Of a stretch of DNA of 29,136 bases, positions 1 through 6,278 are shown piece after piece. The notes under the pieces are model-generated. The model saw only the letters and a program-made list of their open reading frames with translations, had not been told where the DNA came from and did no database searches. Numbering within the stretch: position 1 is the stretch's first letter; every line of letters begins with the position of its first letter. The stretch lies in the IMG/VR virus record IMGVR_UViG_3300005758_000080, positions 1 through 29,136 of that record. One strand, written 5' to 3'. The position numbers and the translations under genes are program-made. Origin of the DNA: a virus. Taxonomy: Duplodnaviria > Caudoviricetes.

Positions 1-7
1 AAATAAT

Positions 8-250
8 ATGACAGCAGTAGAATATTTAGAAGAATTAATTGAATGTGGAGCAGATTTAGATTTAATAAAAAAATCTATTCAACAAGCCAAAGAAATGGAG
101 AAGGAGCAGAAACAATCAGAATACACAAGAGGGTTTGATGATGGCTACCAAAGAAAACAAGAACAATTTGATTATATGCGTGGCAAAAATCATAGTTGCC
201 AAGACAATTTCAAAAATTCATTTAAACACGAACTAAATAAATCAAAATGA
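8..250 (+). CDS. hypothetical early protein (MTAVE..QAKEMEKEQ type small phage protein)
   Basis: 80-aa ORF with atypical composition; may be preceded by or fused to the ORF running off the right end. Confidence 0.7.
   Translation: MTAVEYLEELIECGADLDLIKKSIQQAKEMEKEQKQSEYTRGFDDGYQRKQEQFDYMRGKNHSCQDNFKNSFKHELNKSK
224..244 (+). repeat. 21-bp direct repeat AAACACGAACTAAATAAATCA (copy also at 28942-28962)
   Basis: exact match read directly. Confidence 0.9.
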
Positions 251-289
251 GTATAGGCGGAACTTCTCAATAGATATAGAACGCTGACA

Positions 290-312
290 CCTCGGAAAGA
301 CGAGGATTTTTT
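290..312 (+). terminator. short hairpin CCTCG-GAAAGA-CGAGG followed by A and a T-run; weak terminator or structured motif
   Basis: 5-bp stem in an intergenic gap, followed by ATTTTTT. Confidence 0.4.
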
Positions 313-318
313 AACCTT

Positions 319-335
319 TAAATCAGAATAAGATG
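319..335 (+). repeat. 17-bp direct repeat TAAATCAGAATAAGATG (copy also at 28956-28972), ending in a start codon
   Basis: exact match; both copies supply the ATG of the next ORF. Confidence 0.9.
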
Positions 336-524
336 AGTTACGAACTAACAGCAAAGCCAAATACTTGGGACAGAACCTTTACAATAAGACTTAAGTACAA
401 GTCTGGTATCGAAAAGTACAGAACAGAAAAACTAACCGAAGACGAATTTAAGGTAATGTCAACCTACACAGACAAGGAATGGGAAATTTACCTAGATACC
501 GCCGAAAACTACAAAAAGCTATGA
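333..524 (+). CDS. hypothetical protein
   Basis: 63-aa ORF; ATGA overlap with the next gene. Confidence 0.75.
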   Translation: MSYELTAKPNTWDRTFTIRLKYKSGIEKYRTEKLTEDEFKVMSTYTDKEWEIYLDTAENYKKL

Positions 525-634
525 AACTAGACAAAGAAAACAAACGCGAAGAAATGGCTGCATTAGGAACAATGATTTTAATAAGTGCAATACTGATAGC
601 ACTAACTTTATCAGTAATTTTTAATATATTTTAA
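521..634 (+). CDS. small single-pass membrane protein (37 aa, not in ORF track)
   Basis: MKLDKENKREEMAALGTMILISAILIALTLSVIFNIF*; fills the gap exactly between neighbours. Confidence 0.7.
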   Translation: MKLDKENKREEMAALGTMILISAILIALTLSVIFNIF

Positions 635-871
635 ATGGAAAAGAAAAATAATTCTGGTGCAATTTTTAAAAACAACTACAAGCAAATGCCTAACCACCCA
701 GACTACAAGGGTAACTGCGTAGTAAATGGCAAAGAAATGGACGTAGCGGTATGGGTTAAGCAAACACAAAAAGGCGAAAGCTTCTTTTCGCTGTCTTTTA
801 GCGAGCCGTATGTAGCACCCGAAAAAATGGAGCACAAGCCGCTATTACCAAACGATGACCTACCTTTTTAA
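635..871 (+). CDS. putative small ssDNA-binding protein (DUF736-like)
   Basis: GAIFKN..HPDYKG..VAVW..FFSLSF core and an SSB-type acidic tail DDLPF. Confidence 0.6.
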   Translation: MEKKNNSGAIFKNNYKQMPNHPDYKGNCVVNGKEMDVAVWVKQTQKGESFFSLSFSEPYVAPEKMEHKPLLPNDDLPF

Positions 872-877
872 AAAGTT

Positions 878-1078
878 ATGAACATTAACGACACAGAACT
901 ACGTAACAAATTACGCGAGGTTTTAAGGTACAAAACACGTAACCAGATAGCAGACGAAATAAAAGCCCATACTGGTAAGTTTCACCCTTTCCAAATCAAC
1001 AATTTTCTGCAAGGTAAGGACGTTTCGCTAAAGACAGCCATAAAACTAGACGAGTATTTAATACGTAACGAACACTAA
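878..1078 (+). CDS. putative Cro/XRE-like HTH regulator
   Basis: RNQIADEI...QINNFLQGKDVSLKTAIKLDEYL resembles an HTH_XRE pattern. Confidence 0.55.
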   Translation: MNINDTELRNKLREVLRYKTRNQIADEIKAHTGKFHPFQINNFLQGKDVSLKTAIKLDEYLIRNEH

Positions 1079-1096
1079 ACTACTAACTACTACTAG

Positions 1097-1120
1097 AAGC
1101 CCCGTAACTGGGGCTTTTTT
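1097..1120 (+). terminator. intrinsic terminator ending the early operon
   Basis: AAGCCCC-GTAACT-GGGGCTT followed by T-run. Confidence 0.85.
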
Positions 1121-1140
1121 GTTAATAACTTGTTGAAATA

Positions 1141-1148
1141 CAAATATA
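1141..1148 (-). promoter_or_regulatory. possible leftward Bacteroidota -7 element (TATATTTG on - strand)
   Basis: CAAATATA on +; no ORF downstream of it. Confidence 0.35.
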
Positions 1149-1156
1149 AATAACCT

Positions 1157-1164
1157 TACTTTTG
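1157..1164 (+). promoter_or_regulatory. Bacteroidota sigma-A -7 element TACTTTTG for the sigma-like operon
   Basis: TAnnTTTG consensus, TTG at 1133-1135; ATG at 1168 only 3 nt downstream. Confidence 0.55.
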
Positions 1165-1167
1165 AGT

Positions 1168-1419
1168 ATGGAAATACTATTTTACATAGCGCTAGGCTGG
1201 TTTCTGATAACGTTTGAACCTATACAGCTATTACTTGACTACATTTTTAGTAAGTTGCCGCTTAATTCCTTTACAATTTACATACACGCCGCTTTTGGCT
1301 GTCCTAAATGCGTGGGCTTTTGGTCTACGTGGTTACTTTCTGGTCAGTTTTTAGTCGCGTGTTTGGTTAGTTTGTCAACATACGCTATTGATTTATGCTT
1401 ACAGAAGCTCAAAAACTAG
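1168..1419 (+). CDS. membrane protein with CxxC motif (DUF1360-like)
   Basis: hydrophobic segments and CPKCVGFW; ATG 1168 preferred over TTG 1162. Confidence 0.6.
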   Translation: MEILFYIALGWFLITFEPIQLLLDYIFSKLPLNSFTIYIHAAFGCPKCVGFWSTWLLSGQFLVACLVSLSTYAIDLCLQKLKN

Positions 1420-1598
1420 AAATAGAAGGACTGCTAGAAATATTAAGCCCTAGCAAATTGAGTAAGCTACACCTAAAGAAGCTACAGAAAATTAGGGTGC
1501 AAGCAACTGGCAAACCAGAAAACGGCTGTTTATGCGCACACGCAGACAGATTAAATTTTTATAATGAGTTCCTTGTCTGGTATCAAAAATACGCTTGA
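1395..1598 (+). CDS. hypothetical protein (CxC motif)
   Basis: 67-aa ORF overlapping both neighbours. Confidence 0.65.
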   Translation: MLTEAQKLEIEGLLEILSPSKLSKLHLKKLQKIRVQATGKPENGCLCAHADRLNFYNEFLVWYQKYA

Positions 1599-2139
1599 CG
1601 CTTACATAAGTAAGAACTACGACGAGGTTAGGCGCTACACTAACCACTTATTGACGTCTTACAACAATTACAAGAACATAAAGCTTTCAATGTTAAAGGC
1701 GGACACCATTATAAACAATGCCTATTTACACGTCGTAACCATAGAAGCCGAAAAAACGGACGAAAATAGCGTAAAAAGCTACTTACTGAATAGTATAAAG
1801 ATGCAGATACTATGGCCAACGTCTTTAAGCCACAAACAAGACGACTGCCACAGCCAAGAACCTATTATAGTAGACGAACCAGAAGACACGGACATACTAG
1901 ATAAAATAGAAATAGAAGCGCGTTACAACCTACGCAAGTACTGCATCCAGAAATATATGTCGGAAGTTAAAGACCCAGTAGAAAAACGGATAGCAGAAGC
2001 CTATTTCATAGAAGAACGCCAGACAGCTAAATCTATGGCCGACTTTTTCGACATTCCTAGAACGTCAGCCCATTATATGATAAGGAACTTGAAACAAAAA
2101 CTTCGCGAACTCGAATATAGTTATAGAAATGTCAAATAA
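1564..2139 (+). CDS. putative ECF/sigma70-like transcription factor (late gene activator)
   Basis: region-2-like ADTIINNAYL..KSYLLNSIK; region-4-like EKRIAEAYF..AKSMADFFDIPRTSAHYMIRNLKQKL; upstream of packaging genes. Confidence 0.6.
   Translation: MSSLSGIKNTLDAYISKNYDEVRRYTNHLLTSYNNYKNIKLSMLKADTIINNAYLHVVTIEAEKTDENSVKSYLLNSIKMQILWPTSLSHKQDDCHSQEPIIVDEPEDTDILDKIEIEARYNLRKYCIQKYMSEVKDPVEKRIAEAYFIEERQTAKSMADFFDIPRTSAHYMIRNLKQKLRELEYSYRNVK
2114..2124 (+). promoter_or_regulatory. variant late motif AATATAGTTAT upstream of the terminase operon
   Basis: matches the core of TAATATNGTTATG; ATG at 2129. Confidence 0.55.
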
Positions 2140-2290
2140 AACAAACATAGCAACGGGCCTAATAGTTACAGCAATAGGCGTATTAATAGCTTTGGCTGAA
2201 TTTAAGCACGCGCTTTTCGTTACTGGCTTACTGGTTGCGGTTGGCGGCATTTCACAGATTATAGAAACCATAGAAAAAGACGGACTATGA
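2129..2290 (+). CDS. small two-TM membrane protein (53 aa, not in ORF track)
   Basis: MSNKTNIATGLIVTAIGVLIALAEFKHALFVTGLLVAVGGISQIIETIEKDGL*; ATGA overlap with 2287. Confidence 0.7.
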   Translation: MSNKTNIATGLIVTAIGVLIALAEFKHALFVTGLLVAVGGISQIIETIEKDGL

Positions 2291-2553
2291 AAATTAAAGA
2301 AGAATACAAAGGTAAGACTATCATTACCTATGACAGCGTTCTAGGACAGCGACGCGTAGAAGTAGACAAAATAGACCTTAAGCGCTTTACATACTACCAA
2401 AGCATAGGGCTAGGCTACTTATTCGAAAAGGAAGCCCAAACAATTAGCTACACGGGCATCGACCAAGAAGTAGTGCAAGCTGACGCTGTAGAAGAACCAA
2501 AGCCAGTTATTAAGAAAACACGAAAACGCAGAAACAATGCCACAACCAATTAA
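2287..2553 (+). CDS. hypothetical protein with basic C-terminus
   Basis: 88-aa ORF in a tightly packed operon. Confidence 0.75.
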   Translation: MKIKEEYKGKTIITYDSVLGQRRVEVDKIDLKRFTYYQSIGLGYLFEKEAQTISYTGIDQEVVQADAVEEPKPVIKKTRKRRNNATTN

Positions 2554-3016
2554 AGGCGAAGGTAAAGACAAGTTCTTACAGCGCTGTATGGCCGACGAAG
2601 AAAGCGTAGGGGCATTTCCAGACGAAAGCCAACGCTATGCCGTATGTAATAGAGTATGGGACACACACAAACGCGAAGCTTTAAGCCTATATAAGAAGTC
2701 TTTTGCTGAAAAGACCTACACAGACTACCCAAAAGCCGCTAGCGAAAATGCAAAAATTGCATTAAGGTACGCCGAAGAAAACGGCTGGGGTTCGTGTGGT
2801 ACGCCAGTAGGTAAGCAAAGAGCAAACCAGCTATCAAAAAACGAACCAATAAGCGAAGACACTATTTCACGAATGGCCAGCTTCGAACGTCACAGACAAA
2901 ACAGCCAGAAAGAACTAGGCGACGGGTGCGGGCGCTTAATGTGGTTAGCGTGGGGAGGCGACGAAGGAATAGAATGGGCACAGCGTAAACTCGAACAAAT
3001 TAAAAACGAAAAATAG
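2537..3016 (+). CDS. conserved phage hypothetical protein, two apparent domains (FLQRCM..QRYAVC and YTDYP..GTPVGKQRANQL..LMWLAWGG)
   Basis: 159-aa ORF; motifs I associate with head-module proteins of environmental phages. Confidence 0.6.
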   Translation: MPQPIKGEGKDKFLQRCMADEESVGAFPDESQRYAVCNRVWDTHKREALSLYKKSFAEKTYTDYPKAASENAKIALRYAEENGWGSCGTPVGKQRANQLSKNEPISEDTISRMASFERHRQNSQKELGDGCGRLMWLAWGGDEGIEWAQRKLEQIKNEK

Positions 3017-3208
3017 GTGGCTTATTACCTTATAGATATGGGCCACAGAATGTCTGCACTGGCAAAGTGCATAGAAGAAGAACTACGTAAAGACGAAAAC
3101 CACGTTATAGTCTACCTTACAGATATGCCAACGCTATTATGCGTAGAAGAACTAACAGAAGACCAATTCCTAGACCACTTTAAAAACACGAACAATGGGA
3201 AAGCATAA
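3017..3208 (+). CDS. hypothetical protein
   Basis: 63-aa ORF, GTG start directly after the upstream stop. Confidence 0.6.
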   Translation: MAYYLIDMGHRMSALAKCIEEELRKDENHVIVYLTDMPTLLCVEELTEDQFLDHFKNTNNGKA

Positions 3209-3626
3209 ATACATAGAAACACCAGAGAAACTATGGGAAATGTTCGAAGCCTACAAAGAGAAAGTACACGCCAACCCTAGAGTAATAGACAAAGCCCTAC
3301 AAAGCGGTAAAGTAGTACAAGAAAAGCTACGCGTACCACTTACATACGAAGGCTTTGAAGTTTGGGGCTACGAACAAGGCGTAACACTAGACCACTATTT
3401 TAGAAATACGAATGGGGCGTACGAAGATTATTGCGGGGTCTGCCAACGTATAAAGAAGGCAATACGCCAAGACCAGATAGAAGGCGGTATGGTTGGCCAG
3501 TACAACCCGTCAATTACTCAACGCCTAAACAACCTAACCGAAAAGACGGACGTAACCAGCAACGGCGAAAACATAAACGAAATTAAGATTAGCATTATTC
3601 GACCAGACACCAAAGAACTAGAGTAA
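3195..3626 (+). CDS. terS: terminase small subunit (P22 gp3-like DNA-packaging protein)
   Basis: ETPEKLWEMFEAY..PLTYEGF..IRQDQIEGGMVGQYNPSITQR; directly upstream of terL. Confidence 0.8.
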   Translation: MGKHKYIETPEKLWEMFEAYKEKVHANPRVIDKALQSGKVVQEKLRVPLTYEGFEVWGYEQGVTLDHYFRNTNGAYEDYCGVCQRIKKAIRQDQIEGGMVGQYNPSITQRLNNLTEKTDVTSNGENINEIKISIIRPDTKELE

Positions 3627-4777
3627 TGGACTTGAAGTCTACAATAGTATTCGAACGTAACTACGACGCGCTTTATAACAACGAGGCGCGTTTTATCATT
3701 AACGAGGGTGGCTCGCGTTCCAGTAAGACGTTCAGCCTTTGTCAGCTTATAATGGTCTACTGCCTACAGAACCCAAATAAAGTAGTTTCAATCATTCGTA
3801 AGACATTCCCAGCGCTACGTGCTACAGCTATGCGTGACTTTCTAGAAGTACTTAAAGAAGCTGGCATATACGACAAGGCTAGTCACAATATGTCCGAACA
3901 TATCTACACTTTTCCGAACGGGTCTATAGTTGAGTTCTTTAGTGTTGACGACGAGCAGAAAATACGCGGCCGCAAGCGCTCTATAGCTTGGTGTAATGAA
4001 GCGAACGAACTATTCTACGACGACTTTACCCAGCTGAATATGCGTACAGAAGACAAGCTAATATTTGATTATAACCCGTCCGATAGTACAAGCTGGCTTT
4101 ATGAACTACCAAAAGACGAAAGCATACTAATAAAGTCCACGTATAAAGACAACCCCTTTTTACCAGACAGCATAAAACGCCAGATAGAAGACTTGAAGCG
4201 AACCGATGAAGCGCTATATCAAATCTACGCACTAGGTGAACACGCTATAAGTAAGTCTAATATCTACTCAAACTGGACCTTCTTACCTCATAGGCCCGCA
4301 CGCTTTACCCAATACGTTTACGGCCTAGACTTTGGTTACAACCACCCGACTGCGTTAATGCGCGTGTACTGGCACGAAAAGGACATATTCATAGAACCAG
4401 TAATATACGAAAGCTACCTAACTACTACGAACCTCATAGACAGAATGGCTAGCCTAGACATAGAGAAAGAAACCGAAATAATAGCGGACTACGCACGGCC
4501 AGAAATTATTGCCGAAATGAACAACGCGGGCTACAATGTTCTAAACGCAAACAAGGTGGTCAAGAAAGGTATAGACAACGTTAAGACGTTCGGGGTGTTT
4601 GCCATTAACGATAAGAACCTAGAAAAAGAATACCAAAACTACAAGTGGAAAAAGATAGGCGACACCATAACGGACGAACCAGTAAAGCTATTCGATGACG
4701 CTATGGACGCCGTAAGGTATGCGACTACCTACATTAAAGAACAATACTTTACAGATGACAGCTACTTTGCGTTCTAA
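3626..4777 (+). CDS. terL: terminase large subunit, PBSX XtmB family
   Basis: Walker A GGSRSSKT, Walker B IAWCNEANE, DYNP, nuclease GLDFGYNHP and DDAMDAVRY. Confidence 0.95.
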   Translation: MDLKSTIVFERNYDALYNNEARFIINEGGSRSSKTFSLCQLIMVYCLQNPNKVVSIIRKTFPALRATAMRDFLEVLKEAGIYDKASHNMSEHIYTFPNGSIVEFFSVDDEQKIRGRKRSIAWCNEANELFYDDFTQLNMRTEDKLIFDYNPSDSTSWLYELPKDESILIKSTYKDNPFLPDSIKRQIEDLKRTDEALYQIYALGEHAISKSNIYSNWTFLPHRPARFTQYVYGLDFGYNHPTALMRVYWHEKDIFIEPVIYESYLTTTNLIDRMASLDIEKETEIIADYARPEIIAEMNNAGYNVLNANKVVKKGIDNVKTFGVFAINDKNLEKEYQNYKWKKIGDTITDEPVKLFDDAMDAVRYATTYIKEQYFTDDSYFAF

Positions 4778-4798
4778 ATAAAGACGGACGCCTTAAAT

Positions 4799-4811
4799 TA
4801 ATATTGTTATG
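4799..4811 (+). promoter_or_regulatory. late motif TAATATTGTTATG
   Basis: one of five copies ending in a start codon. Confidence 0.7.
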
Positions 4812-6278
4812 GCACAAACTACAATAGCACAACCGCAAACATTTACACCCGCTTACAACCCTATTAAGTATATTATTGACAGCACGAATAAAAACAATAC
4901 GGGTTTCAAGTACATTTTCGACGTATATAACGGCGCGACACGAATAGGACGATTTAAAATTCTACCAGCATATAATACTGGTTACGGCGAAATTGACCTA
5001 TCAAAGTTCTTAAGTTCATATGTAAGCTGGGACTTTGACCCTTCGGTAACTTTAGACCAAGAAGCTGTAAATTCAATTTACCGATACCAAGTAAAGACGG
5101 GCGAAGAATATCTAGCAGAGTTTAGCTACACGTCGGCCTTGACAAACTCTGGCGGGTTTGTTCGCGTGAACGTTTCAAACACGTTCGCAATAGGCGACCA
5201 AATAAACATAACGCAAGCGGACGGCGGTACGGCCAACCCGTTAGTAGAGGGCTTACATTCTGTAACCAACGCTTCGGCTACATGGTTCGAAATAGGTGTA
5301 CTATGGTCTAGCGTAACCAACGCGAATATAGACGGCGTCGTAACCTATGCCGACAACCGCAAGATAGTTACATATAATATACAGACATTAACAAGTAGCA
5401 ACGTGTTTAATGGCGCTAGACGCTGGACTGAATTTGTTTACTGGGACAACCAAGAATATAACCTAAACGACCCGACGAAATACTGGCTAACAAACCAACC
5501 TTTAACGAATTTCTATTGCACTATTGCCCAAGACCTATGGTTAAACGCCCGCGCAAGGGTCGGTAAAAAAATAGTATTTGAAAATTCAAACGGCGAATTG
5601 TTTAGTAAGACCATAGTAACAAACGCGGCAATTCAACAAATAGCAGTAGGCCCGAACAATCACGGAACATTAACACCTTCGGTTGGTACGTTGCCATTAA
5701 TAAAAGACGACACTACCTATTACGAATTTTGGTTTGAGGACGGAACGCAAAAGAGCCGCAAGTATAGAATAGACATAGACCGCCGTACACAGATTAGTGA
5801 ATACGACGTTGTCTTTTTAGACCGAATGGGGTCCTTTTCTAGTTTCGCGTTTCAGCTTAAAAGTTACGAACGTGGCGAAATAACCCGCGAGGAGTACAAC
5901 CAAGATGTAGCGGGCTATGTTAGCGGTGGTCAATGGACATACAATTATCAAGAGTTCGGCTTTAGTACAATGAACTTTAACAATGTAAAGACGCTAGAGT
6001 TAAATAGTAACTACATGACCCAAGATATGGCCGAGTATTTCGAAGAGCTGGTAACAAGCCCTCAATGTTTCCTAAAAGTTGTTCAATACGTAACGACAGA
6101 AGACGGACTGCCAATTCTAGACGAAGACGGCTGTTTAGTTCATATTGCCGAAAGTACAATGTACGTGCCTATCATTGTAACGACTAACAGCTACGAGGTA
6201 TTTAAACAACGAAATAAGAACCTAATAAAGCAAACTATAAACGTGAAGTTTGCAAATAACGACGCAATAAATGGTTAA
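4809..6278 (+). CDS. putative tail structural protein (distal tail/baseplate region)
   Basis: 489 aa, beta-rich and T/N-rich; upstream of large tail protein and tape measure. Confidence 0.6.
   Translation: MAQTTIAQPQTFTPAYNPIKYIIDSTNKNNTGFKYIFDVYNGATRIGRFKILPAYNTGYGEIDLSKFLSSYVSWDFDPSVTLDQEAVNSIYRYQVKTGEEYLAEFSYTSALTNSGGFVRVNVSNTFAIGDQINITQADGGTANPLVEGLHSVTNASATWFEIGVLWSSVTNANIDGVVTYADNRKIVTYNIQTLTSSNVFNGARRWTEFVYWDNQEYNLNDPTKYWLTNQPLTNFYCTIAQDLWLNARARVGKKIVFENSNGELFSKTIVTNAAIQQIAVGPNNHGTLTPSVGTLPLIKDDTTYYEFWFEDGTQKSRKYRIDIDRRTQISEYDVVFLDRMGSFSSFAFQLKSYERGEITREEYNQDVAGYVSGGQWTYNYQEFGFSTMNFNNVKTLELNSNYMTQDMAEYFEELVTSPQCFLKVVQYVTTEDGLPILDEDGCLVHIAESTMYVPIIVTTNSYEVFKQRNKNLIKQTINVKFANNDAING

Noticed and set aside
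224-335. Junction repeats as a CRISPR mini-array or att sites
   Set aside because: Only two or three unequal copies, gene-sized spacing, no cas or integrase gene.
1075-1096. ACT-rich low-complexity run before the terminator
   Set aside because: Too short and degenerate to support a function from sequence alone.
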